IMG/VR virus record: IMGVR_UViG_3300025872_000101
Span: 1 to 42,886 of that record
Direction: 5' to 3' (one strand)
DNA: 42,886 nucleotides
From: a virus
Taxonomy: Duplodnaviria; Caudoviricetes
Position 1 is the first letter of the stretch. The number at the start of each line of letters is the position of its first letter. The notes below the pieces were generated by a model. The model did no database searches. It saw nothing but the letters and a program-made list of their open reading frames with translations, and was not told where the DNA came from. The position numbers and the translations under genes are program-made. This document shows, one piece after another, positions 18,116 through 26,525 of the stretch.

Positions 18116-19624
18116 TCAGAACGGCTGTTCAGGTTCTGGATCAGGGGGAATCTCGTAGTTCTGGACAAAATCTGTCCTTAAGAATGTGTAATACATGCCT
18201 ACCTTGCTATTGATTTCATGGGTGTCGATAGGCCGATACCTGCCGTGAACAGGTTTGATACCCATTTCTTGAGTTAATGTTTTGCGCAAGTAACCAGGAC
18301 CGACATTGGTATTGAACTTAAAGAACTTTTCTTTCAGCTCGCTCAATGTTGCCTGAACCTTGTCATGGCCATTGGTATAGAAGTAATCCGCCAGGATCAG
18401 TGTGAAGTCCTTACGGAGCTGGGATTGGCTTTCCTTCTTAACCTTCAATAGCGATTCGTTATGAAGTTCCTCGGCTGTGAATACCATCCTGGAGCGTTTG
18501 GTATCGACCGCTGGTTGATTGATCAGATAGCGCAGGAATGCCGGTACCTCATTGGTCAGGTCGTTTTCGATGTTGGTATTGATTTCGGTGATTTGAGGAA
18601 CCTTGCGAATCCAAAAGCGGATTTCCTCCTCATCGATTCTCATGAAGTCCTGTTCCTTGTTGGTGCAAATGATGACCTTGCCAAAGAAAGGCACTGAATA
18701 GTTAGCTACGAACTTTTGGTTGACCGATATGGTCTTGGCCGTGGCTATTGATTTAAGCTTCTCAACGGCATGTGATTTGTCAATAACGGTCTCATCCAAG
18801 GCGATTATGTTCTTGGTTGCATAGGCTGAGTTGAATTGGGAGCCTAGGTCCTCAGGGTTTATCTGACAGTAGTTTTGACCGAATAGGATGTTCATCCAGT
18901 TCAGGAAGGTGGTCTTACCTGTCTGCCGTTCCTTGGATACCAGGCAAACGATTGGCAGGGCTTGGCGAGGTTGTTCGTAAAGAAGCTTGAGGTATTTGAT
19001 GCCCATTTCGAGCTGTTCGCCGAATATGTGGCGCATCAGTCCCATGCTCACTTTGATGTCCGATTCCTTGACTCGCTTGCTTGGTTCCCATGGCTTATGG
19101 CTGAATGGGTGGTATAGATTGTAACAGTTGTCAACGACCTCTGAATAGTTCATGTTGTCAGGAACTATGCAGAAGTCATCGAACTTGGGTATCAAAGGCA
19201 TGATGGCAGGACCATGATCGGCCTTGATTTCCTCCTTCTTGAAGGCTTTGATTTGCTCGCGGAGTACATCGTATCGGTCACGAACATGGGTGATCTTGTA
19301 GTAGCTATCAGCCACGCGAAGGAATGGAAGTTGGGCGTTCATGTATTTCACTCCGATCCAAGTCCAGGCTGCTTGGGCGTTTCCTTTGAACTTGCCATGG
19401 GTGAGTATCTCGAACTTGGTGAAGCTATCACCTATGGGCAGGTTCAGTGGGTTCTTATCCAACACTAACACGGTCGCTCCTTGCAGTTGGAAGCAAGGCT
19501 TTGAGGACCGTTCAGGCGCGATTTGGTCATCGGACAGCCATTCGATTTTGACCGATTGGAATGATTCCTGCCATGAGCGTTCTTGGTCCCAATAGTTGAC
19601 CGGGTTGGTGTGTTTGTGAGTCAT
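18116..19624 (-). CDS. Replicative primase-associated helicase (SF3 / DUF5906-like P-loop NTPase)
   Basis: Walker A SKERQTGKTT, Walker B IIALDE, sensor IICTN, RFW arginine finger. Confidence 0.8.
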   Translation of the reverse strand: MTHKHTNPVNYWDQERSWQESFQSVKIEWLSDDQIAPERSSKPCFQLQGATVLVLDKNPLNLPIGDSFTKFEILTHGKFKGNAQAAWTWIGVKYMNAQLPFLRVADSYYKITHVRDRYDVLREQIKAFKKEEIKADHGPAIMPLIPKFDDFCIVPDNMNYSEVVDNCYNLYHPFSHKPWEPSKRVKESDIKVSMGLMRHIFGEQLEMGIKYLKLLYEQPRQALPIVCLVSKERQTGKTTFLNWMNILFGQNYCQINPEDLGSQFNSAYATKNIIALDETVIDKSHAVEKLKSIATAKTISVNQKFVANYSVPFFGKVIICTNKEQDFMRIDEEEIRFWIRKVPQITEINTNIENDLTNEVPAFLRYLINQPAVDTKRSRMVFTAEELHNESLLKVKKESQSQLRKDFTLILADYFYTNGHDKVQATLSELKEKFFKFNTNVGPGYLRKTLTQEMGIKPVHGRYRPIDTHEINSKVGMYYTFLRTDFVQNYEIPPDPEPEQPF

Positions 19625-19995
19625 AGGCTGACTTTGATTGAGTGGGGGTCGAAGCTATTGATTTTGTCGGTAAGTCCCTTGGCTTGGAGGTGATAATTTT
19701 TGATGGCTGGCAAGGATTGGTGTATGGTTGGGAATTCTATTCCTGCCATGTCGATGATTAATGCGAGCTTCTTGATAACCTCATAGTTCTGCTCTAGTTG
19801 GTTTCTGAGGTCTTGGATTTGGAGCGCATACTTGTGATGTATCTCATCCTCATCGGTCTGAATCTCTTCAAGCTTGGCTGTTATGGCCTGTTCTAGTTGG
19901 ATCATCCATAGCAGGTAGGACTCCACGGCATCAGGTTTGAGCTGGTAGGCTTTGATACGGTTTCGGAGATTCAGTAGTTCGCGGTCTAGGGACAT
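19621..19995 (-). CDS. Hypothetical coiled-coil protein
   Basis: 124 aa, ATGA-coupled to the helicase gene. Confidence 0.6.
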   Translation of the reverse strand: MSLDRELLNLRNRIKAYQLKPDAVESYLLWMIQLEQAITAKLEEIQTDEDEIHHKYALQIQDLRNQLEQNYEVIKKLALIIDMAGIEFPTIHQSLPAIKNYHLQAKGLTDKINSFDPHSIKVSL

Positions 19996-19998
19996 GGT

Positions 19999-20217
19999 TT
20001 AATCAATAAAGTTTTGAAATGAAGATATTCTTATCGTATGAATTGCACCAGTCTCAATATGTTCAACAAGAGCCTTAGTAATAATCACAATTTTGTCTTC
20101 GGATTCATTATAAGGATGTAATTCTTTTTCTGGTACTTCAATCCATTTATGGAAATAGCACTCAATTTCAAAATTCTCATAATAGACAATACATTTTCTC
20201 AAATTTTCTTTATTCAT
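19999..20217 (-). CDS. Hypothetical protein (AT-rich)
   Basis: 72 aa with aaaaccATG leader. Confidence 0.55.
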   Translation of the reverse strand: MNKENLRKCIVYYENFEIECYFHKWIEVPEKELHPYNESEDKIVIITKALVEHIETGAIHTIRISSFQNFID

Positions 20218-20232
20218 GGTTTTAAATTATTA

Positions 20233-20348
20233 AGCCCTGGTTGGGGTTTCATCCATCGGTGGGAGGTGTAGAGAAACCATAATCCGATAGAATCCACCCC
20301 ATTCAGGGCTGATTAGTTTTAATAAGTTGAGGGAGTCTCTACTTTCCC
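20233..20348 (-). ncRNA. Structured leader RNA with complementary loops (GUAGAGA/UCUCUAC)
   Basis: Small hairpin GGGA..TCCC, long hairpin AGCCCTG/CAGGGCT; loops complementary (20336-20342 vs 20268-20274). Confidence 0.5.
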
Positions 20349-20355
20349 GATACTG

Positions 20356-20363
20356 CAAATATA
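20356..20363 (-). promoter_or_regulatory. TATATTTG promoter element
   Basis: TAnnTTTG consensus, intergenic, upstream of the replication genes. Confidence 0.7.
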
Positions 20364-20364
20364 A

Positions 20365-20583
20365 TCAATCGAATGGCCTCAGGTGGTAATAGGATGAGCC
20401 GTTGATAACTTTCCTTTCCACTTTATGCTCAAAGGTTCTTGACATGTCATCAATCCAATTGATGTAGCGGTAAACGCTTCGGATATGGATGCCTGTGGAT
20501 TTCGCGATCATCAAGGCTGTTTTAGGTGGGCCACTTTTTAGAATAGTGGCGATCACATTCAGGGTCTTGATTTCAGCCATCAC
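20365..20583 (-). CDS. HTH DNA-binding protein
   Basis: TALMIAKSTGIHIRSVYRYI helix-turn-helix pattern. Confidence 0.7.
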   Translation of the reverse strand: MMAEIKTLNVIATILKSGPPKTALMIAKSTGIHIRSVYRYINWIDDMSRTFEHKVERKVINGSSYYHLRPFD

Positions 20584-20879
20584 TCATGAACTTTATTTGA
20601 TTGAGGCTTGTCAAAGTGAAATGGGTCTATTCCATAAGGCTCGCCTTTGTACCTGATGTAATCCCAATAAATGTCCACATTATTGGAATCCAATATGGAT
20701 TCAATGGCAATGTGTTCCATGTTGACCGGGTACCATGCCGTGTGACCATCTTCATAGACAGTAACTCGGATGGCGATAATATCCCATTTTTGTGTTTCTC
20801 CAGCCACGGTGTCTACATTAAATGCCACCATGTCTTGAACTGGGATGATTTGAACTGATTGGATTTTTGGTTGTTTCAT
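20580..20879 (-). CDS. Hypothetical protein
   Basis: 99 aa, coupled to the downstream gene. Confidence 0.55.
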   Translation of the reverse strand: MKQPKIQSVQIIPVQDMVAFNVDTVAGETQKWDIIAIRVTVYEDGHTAWYPVNMEHIAIESILDSNNVDIYWDYIRYKGEPYGIDPFHFDKPQSNKVHE

Positions 20880-20905
20880 GATTAGAAAAGTTTAAGGGTT
20901 AATGA

Positions 20906-21199
20906 TTAAAAAGGTACTTCTGTTTCAGCCTTGGAAATCTTCCAGGCGGTGATATCGGTATAGAATCGGTCCTGCCATTCGCGAGCTTCGATTTTGATTT
21001 CGCAGGATAGGGTGTCACCCATGCGGAATTGTTTCAGCACTTGGATAAGCATTTCTGATTTGACTTGGATGCATGCGAGCTTGGTGAAGCTGCCATCTTG
21101 ATACTCCAGCACGAAAGATTGCTTCTGCCATTCTTTTCCTGCTTTGGATGTTCCGCTCTCAAGCGGAAGGATTCGGGTTAGTTTTCCTGTAAGGTTCAT
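20906..21199 (-). CDS. DUF3127-family single-stranded DNA-binding protein
   Basis: GTSKAGKEWQKQSFVLE...AREWQDRFYTDITAWKI, C-terminal VPF. Confidence 0.85.
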   Translation of the reverse strand: MNLTGKLTRILPLESGTSKAGKEWQKQSFVLEYQDGSFTKLACIQVKSEMLIQVLKQFRMGDTLSCEIKIEAREWQDRFYTDITAWKISKAETEVPF

Positions 21200-21429
21200 G
21201 GGTTTTTGGATTTATAGGTTTCATTGTAGTATTGTTCTGCTCTTCCCATATTAGGGTCAAAGTTTGTTCCCATTGCATCGTAAACAGCTTTCATTATCTG
21301 CTGCTTCTCCACCTCAAGCAGCTCTTCCGCCTTTTCTATGGCTTCAAAGAAGCTCAATGTCTTGGCAGGATGGTCACCAATCATTTGATTTCCCCATTCA
21401 ATGAACTGTTGTAGTGCTGTTTTATTCAT
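21196..21429 (-). CDS. Hypothetical phage protein
   Basis: EKQQIMKA...AEQYYNETY pattern I associate with small Bacteroidota phage proteins. Confidence 0.65.
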   Translation of the reverse strand: MNKTALQQFIEWGNQMIGDHPAKTLSFFEAIEKAEELLEVEKQQIMKAVYDAMGTNFDPNMGRAEQYYNETYKSKNP

Positions 21430-21778
21430 CTGTATTAGATTTATCGGAATTTCCGATTTTAAAGGTCTCTAATTCGCCACCTTTATATATCATTTCGTTG
21501 GTGTCACCAAGTTGATTTTCAACAGGCATAATCCTTGGATTTCTCAATTCAACTTTTTCAACGGCTTCCTTATACAGGTCTTCATCTACTCTTGTTTGTT
21601 GTATCATTTCATCTTCATTTTTAAACGGATAATACCCTAAGTCCTGCATCAGCATTTGCATTATCCTTTCATTTGGAGTTTCCCATTCCCATTTTCCATA
21701 AAACCATGACTTGGCTAATAGTTTTGCTAGTGTTTCAAGTTTGTCTGCTCTTATCAGTTGTTCTGCGGTTTGTTTCAT
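21422..21778 (-). CDS. Hypothetical protein
   Basis: 118 aa, first gene after the structured leader. Confidence 0.6.
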   Translation of the reverse strand: MKQTAEQLIRADKLETLAKLLAKSWFYGKWEWETPNERIMQMLMQDLGYYPFKNEDEMIQQTRVDEDLYKEAVEKVELRNPRIMPVENQLGDTNEMIYKGGELETFKIGNSDKSNTDE

Positions 21779-21795
21779 TTTTCATTAAATTAAGA

Positions 21796-21878
21796 AACCC
21801 CCTCGGCTGGTGACAGACAGCTTTGGGGGTTAACTAGGTGGGGAATCACCAATATCTTGCCTCATCTGTCACAATGAT
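21796..21878 (-). ncRNA. Structured leader RNA with complementary loops (GUGACAGA/UCUGUCAC)
   Basis: Hairpins TCAT/ATGA, GGTG/CACC and AACCCCC..GCTG/CAGC..GGGGGTT; 8-nt complement 21865-21872 vs 21810-21817. Confidence 0.55.
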
Positions 21879-21890
21879 GCTGCTAAACTA
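21875..21890 (-). promoter_or_regulatory. Putative early promoter TAGTTTAGCAGCATCA
   Basis: 15 of 16 nt identical to 25992-26007; both lie at the start of leftward gene clusters. Confidence 0.55.
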
Positions 21891-21981
21891 ATGCAGATTT
21901 TCGCCAAAAAGTGCATTTGTGATAACTGATAAGTCACCCCTTTAATGTATTTTTGTTTCGTTTCCATGATATTTTTATGCC

Positions 21982-22356
21982 GTGATTTACAAAAAGATAG
22001 CTTTGAAGGACCGCCCTTTCGTGGTGCATGTGTTTGTCAAGGCTACGGCTTATGAGGTTGCCACCAAGCTGAATCGCATCAGAAAAAAGGCGGAAAAGTT
22101 CGATCCGAGTGAGTTCACTATGGATGCCGATACCGATGCGCAGACTTGCTATTTGAGTCATTCGATGCCTGGTCAGTATGCGGTCATGTTCACCAAGCTT
22201 GATCTGGAGACCATCGCTCATGAGGTTTGGCATGTGGTCATGGATCATGCCAGGTATATCGGCTTGAAGCATGATGACAGCAGCGAAGAAAGTTTCGCGT
22301 ATTTGTTCGGTTACTTAATCAAAGAGATCTATGAGTGCAAGACAAATCCTAAATAA
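21982..22356 (+). CDS. Small HExxH metallopeptidase-like protein
   Basis: TIAHEVWHVV...EESFAY. Confidence 0.7.
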   Translation: MIYKKIALKDRPFVVHVFVKATAYEVATKLNRIRKKAEKFDPSEFTMDADTDAQTCYLSHSMPGQYAVMFTKLDLETIAHEVWHVVMDHARYIGLKHDDSSEESFAYLFGYLIKEIYECKTNPK

Positions 22357-23368
22357 GTGGCTCACTGAGAATGATGCCAATGGTATAACCACCGGCATCG
22401 GTTTGGAGCGTGTTGCTCGGCTGTTTCTGAAGATGCATCCTGAGTTGAAATTGACTTATACTACAGCCAGGGGTTATGTAGCAGGAGTCAGAAGCGGTCG
22501 AGTCAAGGATTTTGACAGGACCATGGAATCGGTTGAAAAGGCCATCCTTGGTGAATCTGCCATAGGTGAGGCGGATTTCAATGATCCATTGGGATTGGTT
22601 ATTGATTTTCCAGGTAGTTGGTCCGAGATCAATGAGCCAGTGGTGATTCAGGGCGTGACCAAGCTAGGTGTCTGCAATGACATCCATTTACCGTACCATG
22701 ATAAGTTCGCCGTTCAGGCTTGCTTTGCCGAGTTCAAGAAGCGTAAGGTTGATGGGATATATCTGAATGGTGACATCATGGATTTGGAGGATGTGTCGCG
22801 CTTTGAAAAAATGCCTGATGGCAGATACCTACGCGATGAGATTGAGGTAGGTCGGAGCTTCGTGAAATCTCTCAGGAAGTTGTTTCCTGATATCCCGATT
22901 TATTGGAAGGATGGCAACCATGAGAAAAGGCTTGAAGCTTATGTGGCCTCCAAGGCACCGGAGCTGGTGAAGTTATTCGGGATGGATATACCGACTCAGT
23001 TGGAATTGGAAGAGCATGGAATCATCCATGTTCCTGAACATAAGGTGGCCAAGTTCGGTAAGCTTTGGATAGCGCATGGCCATGAGTTGGGGTTGAAAAG
23101 CGGCACGGTCAATATCGCCAGGCAGGTTAGGATGAGGGTTGGAGTGAATGTAATGTTTGGCCATTGGCACAAGAACCAGCAGGATAGTTCACGGAATCTT
23201 GCTGATGAAGTCCACAGTGCCTGGGCCATCGGTTGTCTCGCGTATTTGAAGCCTCGTTATACAGGAGTCTTGAACCAATGGACCCAAGGCGGAGCGACTG
23301 TGGATCTGCATGAAGATGGGAGTTTTACGGTCAATCAGTTTCAGATTGCCGATGGCGTGGTCATGTAA
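22331..23368 (+). CDS. Calcineurin-like metallophosphoesterase with N-terminal extension
   Basis: DIH, GDIMD, GNHE, HGH and GHWH motifs. Confidence 0.9.
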   Translation: MSARQILNKWLTENDANGITTGIGLERVARLFLKMHPELKLTYTTARGYVAGVRSGRVKDFDRTMESVEKAILGESAIGEADFNDPLGLVIDFPGSWSEINEPVVIQGVTKLGVCNDIHLPYHDKFAVQACFAEFKKRKVDGIYLNGDIMDLEDVSRFEKMPDGRYLRDEIEVGRSFVKSLRKLFPDIPIYWKDGNHEKRLEAYVASKAPELVKLFGMDIPTQLELEEHGIIHVPEHKVAKFGKLWIAHGHELGLKSGTVNIARQVRMRVGVNVMFGHWHKNQQDSSRNLADEVHSAWAIGCLAYLKPRYTGVLNQWTQGGATVDLHEDGSFTVNQFQIADGVVM

Positions 23369-23660
23369 GCCTAACTCGATAACCGTTGGCGAATTTTCGC
23401 ATCCATTTCTCCTTACCGTTCTCACCGATTATCCCATAATAGGCGATTCGGCGTTGCTTCCAATCAGGCGAGACATAAGTGACCTGATAGGGCTTGTTTG
23501 GGATGATGTTTTTGGATAGGCTTTTGTCGAATATTATAAAGTCACCAATGGTCAGTTCTTCCCAATTCTTGTTTTTGTGCATCAGGAATATCTCCAGCAG
23601 TTGCTTGTGGTATTGCTCGACAATGGTTAAGGCTTCGTTGTATTGGGCGCGTGATATCAT
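23361..23660 (-). CDS. Hypothetical protein (99 aa, MISRAQYNEAL...)
   Basis: ATG 23660 in ATGA overlap. Confidence 0.6.
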   Translation of the reverse strand: MISRAQYNEALTIVEQYHKQLLEIFLMHKNKNWEELTIGDFIIFDKSLSKNIIPNKPYQVTYVSPDWKQRRIAYYGIIGENGKEKWMRKFANGYRVRLT

Positions 23661-23866
23661 TTCTTGACTGGCCTCCCTCCACCGTGTTTCTTGATGTTGG
23701 TAAGGCAATCGGTGAGGAACTTGGGGTCTTTTTTGATACCGTTGCGCCTGCGATAAGACTTGATTTTGGCTGCATCCACGCCTATGTGGGTGGATATTTC
23801 GCGATCTGATAGCATGCCGTTCCGTATGATGAAATCGACTTGCTTTTGTGTCCAGCGGTGGTTCAT
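23657..23866 (-). CDS. HTH-like DNA-binding protein
   Basis: RWTQKQVDFI...SDREISTHIG...IKSYRRRNGIKK; start at ATGA overlap. Confidence 0.65.
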   Translation of the reverse strand: MNHRWTQKQVDFIIRNGMLSDREISTHIGVDAAKIKSYRRRNGIKKDPKFLTDCLTNIKKHGGGRPVKK

Positions 23867-24039
23867 CGGCATACCTCGCATTCAAAGCCGTATTGGTGGC
23901 CTCTATCTATGATTTTGTTAAACTCATCAAGCTTCGCTCCGCACAGACAGCGACCTGTCTCGATGATGCGCTTGCGTTCAGCTTCGTGCCTGCGCTTCCA
24001 ATAGAAGCCTTTGTAGGCTGTTTTAAAAGAAGATTTCAT
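23863..24039 (-). CDS. Small zinc-finger-like protein (58 aa)
   Basis: Hand-translated MKSSFK...RCLCG...FECEVCR; coupled to the next gene. Confidence 0.6.
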   Translation of the reverse strand: MKSSFKTAYKGFYWKRRHEAERKRIIETGRCLCGAKLDEFNKIIDRGHQYGFECEVCR

Positions 24040-24628
24040 TTCGGTAGTTGTTTAGTTTGGTTATGAATCGGTCAAGTTCAGTAAGGGCGAAAACCACATC
24101 TTCGGCTACTTCTTCGCGAGTAATGTGTAGTATCCAGATGGGCTTCTTGGTCAGGCGTGGGTCGTAGCTCACGAAGTCCACCCATTGCAGGTCGGGATTG
24201 ACCATGAAGTAGCACCAAATCTGTTCCTTGTATTCGTTTGGAATCTTGCCTTGGCGAATGTATTTGATGTGGGTCTTGGTCTTTGGGCATTTGATTTCCA
24301 CGGCACCGGTGGTTCCGATGTAGCCATCAGGAGACATCATCAGAAGCGGTTCGGTAGCTGACTGAATTAGGCAAGGATGGTCAATCTCATGGCCAGTGAT
24401 GTTGGCATATTCCTGGATGGCTAGCGGTTCCATGTCCAAGCCACGCTGCATATCCTCCGACATGAAGTCATCCTCATCCATCAGGCCGACCTCTTCTTCG
24501 GCTATGAGTTCATCGATTAGGGCTAGGTTGTCTTTGGCTAGCACTTTTTTAAGGCGCGACCCGGTTATCTTACCGAGTCGCAGTTGGAGCCATTCGTGGG
24601 TTCCTTGTTGGCAGTTGTGTATGATCAT
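24023..24628 (-). CDS. YqaJ / lambda exonuclease-family protein
   Basis: QGTHEWLQLRLGKITGS, MQRGLDMEP, SPDG, VEIKCP. Confidence 0.92.
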   Translation of the reverse strand: MIIHNCQQGTHEWLQLRLGKITGSRLKKVLAKDNLALIDELIAEEEVGLMDEDDFMSEDMQRGLDMEPLAIQEYANITGHEIDHPCLIQSATEPLLMMSPDGYIGTTGAVEIKCPKTKTHIKYIRQGKIPNEYKEQIWCYFMVNPDLQWVDFVSYDPRLTKKPIWILHITREEVAEDVVFALTELDRFITKLNNYRNEIFF

Positions 24629-24846
24629 AGGTTTGAGATGATTTCTTCTAGTTGTGAATAATAGTCATCGATATGGTGTTTGATGATGGTGCCATCCTCA
24701 GTAACCTCGGTTAGTGATAGGCATTTCCAAGAGCATTCAGAGTAACCTGAAGCGAACTCGGAAGGGGCGTGATTTGACCATGAAAGGTCAACAAGGGCGT
24801 TTATAACTCGGAAGTTACCTAGTTCGATATCTATTTCACGGATCAT
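24625..24846 (-). CDS. Hypothetical protein
   Basis: 73 aa, coupled at both ends. Confidence 0.55.
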   Translation of the reverse strand: MIREIDIELGNFRVINALVDLSWSNHAPSEFASGYSECSWKCLSLTEVTEDGTIIKHHIDDYYSQLEEIISNL

Positions 24847-25346
24847 GCTAGACCTCCCTTCTTGCTATCCTTCGCCTTGATGACATCGGGGTGGCCCTGT
24901 TCATCTTTAGTTAGGGAAGTGTAAAGTTTCTTGAGTTCATCCAAGGTAGTGCAGGCGTTGATGGCACTGATTGCCTTGGCTGGGTCGATGGTTACCGATT
25001 TGGGAACAAAGTCACGGACTCGGAGCGCATCCACATCCTCACCGAAGGCACGGATTTTGCGGGCATAAATTTGGATTTTCTTTCCTACCCATTGCTCCAT
25101 GTATGGAGTTTGGTGGACTTTGCTAATGACCTTGGCATTGGTGGTGTTCAGGATCATCGGCTTTACTGGCTCCATGAAGTGGATGACTAGGCAGTCCTGT
25201 TTCTTGCCATCGGTGTTGGCTACTTGTTCTACTCCTGATGATTTGATGGTAAGGATTAGTTCCTCACCTGGTTGGAGCGCATAGGCTCCGATGTAGTCTG
25301 GATTCTTTAGCTGTTTCCAGTGCGTTAGTTTTTGGTTGTCTGACAT
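24843..25346 (-). CDS. Putative ssDNA-annealing/binding partner of the exonuclease
   Basis: THWKQLKNPDYIGAY...KPMILNTTN...WVGKKIQIY; near the YqaJ gene; function inferred from context. Confidence 0.5.
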   Translation of the reverse strand: MSDNQKLTHWKQLKNPDYIGAYALQPGEELILTIKSSGVEQVANTDGKKQDCLVIHFMEPVKPMILNTTNAKVISKVHQTPYMEQWVGKKIQIYARKIRAFGEDVDALRVRDFVPKSVTIDPAKAISAINACTTLDELKKLYTSLTKDEQGHPDVIKAKDSKKGGLA

Positions 25347-25495
25347 GGTTTATAAGTTTGGTTGAATACTGATTTTGGTTTTGAGAATTCTCGGCCTTTT
25401 TTGAGGTAATAGACCCAATCGCCGATTATGGTTGTGGTCATGACTATTTCACCGCTGAATCGGTTATAATAGCAGGCGTTTAGTTTTACATCCAT
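25325..25495 (-). CDS. Hypothetical protein (56 aa)
   Basis: Hand-translated MDVKLNACYYNRFSGE...; fills a gap. Confidence 0.45.
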   Translation of the reverse strand: MDVKLNACYYNRFSGEIVMTTTIIGDWVYYLKKGREFSKPKSVFNQTYKPCQTTKN

Positions 25496-25788
25496 CGCTG
25501 CTGGAGTTTGGAGCGTTCATTGAAGCCCACATTCCAAGTCTCATAAATAAGCTCAATGAGTTCAAACTCGGCCATGAATGGAAGCTTAACTTCATGCTTG
25601 GTCATGATATCCCTCATCTTCTTGAATTGAGGTGTAACCACTCCATCAGGTTGGATGGACTGTTGATTGGATTCGGACTCGCTTGAGGTGTTCGCGACAC
25701 TGTTGGTCGGTGTTTGGTCCGTTGATGAGCCAGTAGGCTCGGAGTCGCTCGATGAGGCTCCAGTTGATGTTGGTTTGGATGGTGTCAT
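25486..25788 (-). CDS. Hypothetical protein; start uncertain, possibly only the C-terminal half is real
   Basis: N-terminal S/T-rich part overlaps 25646-25849. Confidence 0.35.
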   Translation of the reverse strand: MTPSKPTSTGASSSDSEPTGSSTDQTPTNSVANTSSESESNQQSIQPDGVVTPQFKKMRDIMTKHEVKLPFMAEFELIELIYETWNVGFNERSKLQQRWM

Positions 25789-25849
25789 TTTGTTCTGTTT
25801 TGATTGGTTGTTTAGTGATGATTTTTTTGTTAAAGTCCTCGATGCTCAT
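25646..25849 (-). CDS. Hypothetical protein
   Basis: 67 aa in the early leftward cluster. Confidence 0.45.
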   Translation of the reverse strand: MSIEDFNKKIITKQPIKTEQNDTIQTNINWSLIERLRAYWLINGPNTDQQCREHLKRVRIQSTVHPT

Positions 25850-25976
25850 TTTTCTCTAATGTTTTTAGGAAGAAGTAAACGGATATGCACATCATGACAA
25901 GTGCAGTGATGATGTGATCTTGGTCTGCTGCGGCCATTGCTAGGAATGCGGCAGCGAAAGCGAATAGTGGTTTCAT
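25830..25976 (-). CDS. Small two-helix membrane protein (48 aa)
   Basis: Hand-translated MKPLFAFAAAFLAMAAADQDHIITALVMMCISVYFFL...; first gene after the leftward promoter. Confidence 0.55.
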   Translation of the reverse strand: MKPLFAFAAAFLAMAAADQDHIITALVMMCISVYFFLKTLEKNEHRGL

Positions 25977-25991
25977 GGGTTTGTTTGGTTT

Positions 25992-26117
25992 TGATGCTGC
26001 TAAATTAGTACAATTTTGTAACCACGCAACAAAAAACCCTATATTTTTTTATTTGGCTGATTTTCAGCACAATTAATTTTAATGCTTGGTTATTGTAACT
26101 ACATTTATATACATTTG
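25992..26117. promoter_or_regulatory. Divergent promoter region
   Basis: Leftward TAATTTAGCAGCATCA (26007-25992), rightward TACATTTG (26110-26117); palindromes at 26009-26020, 26056-26068, 26094-26103. Confidence 0.6.
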
Positions 26118-26122
26118 CGCCC

Positions 26123-26317
26123 ATGTCAAAACTAAAGGAACTGATTAAAAGCACAGGGCTGAAGAACGAGCATATTATTAAGAGGACAGGAATCCCACGC
26201 AACAAGTTCTATCATGCCATGAAAGCTCCACAATTATTGTCATTGGATGAGTTGGATAGATTATCTTTCGCCCTTCAAATCGAAAAGAAGGTACTCATTA
26301 AGTTAATCAATGATTGA
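26123..26317 (+). CDS. Cro/XRE-like HTH regulator
   Basis: LKELIKSTGLKNEHIIKRTGI...LSLDELDRLSFALQI. Confidence 0.7.
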   Translation: MSKLKELIKSTGLKNEHIIKRTGIPRNKFYHAMKAPQLLSLDELDRLSFALQIEKKVLIKLIND

Positions 26318-26507
26318 GACAAAACTACCCGACCTGATCCTTGACTCCATGGAGCTTGGAATGAATAAAAAGCTGATGTTATTGGCCACCGGTATAGATG
26401 AGGAGACATTCAACCACATGGTTGAGTATGACAAGTTCGACCAGGAATCGGCCAAGAAATTGAGGCGAATCATCAAGGATTGGCGCAAAGCGAATGCAAT
26501 ATTTTAA
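26310..26507 (+). CDS. HTH-like protein
   Basis: MELGMNKKLMLLATGIDEETFNHM. Confidence 0.55.
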   Translation: MIETKLPDLILDSMELGMNKKLMLLATGIDEETFNHMVEYDKFDQESAKKLRRIIKDWRKANAIF

Positions 26508-26525
26508 CCATAAAACAAAAACCAA

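Noticed and set aside
23361-23885. 174-aa ORF as listed, and long N-terminal extensions of 30071-30844, 31262-31588 and 14645-15034
   Set aside because: The extensions overlap other genes; coupled starts at 23660, 30646 and 14842, and the ATG at 31495, fit better
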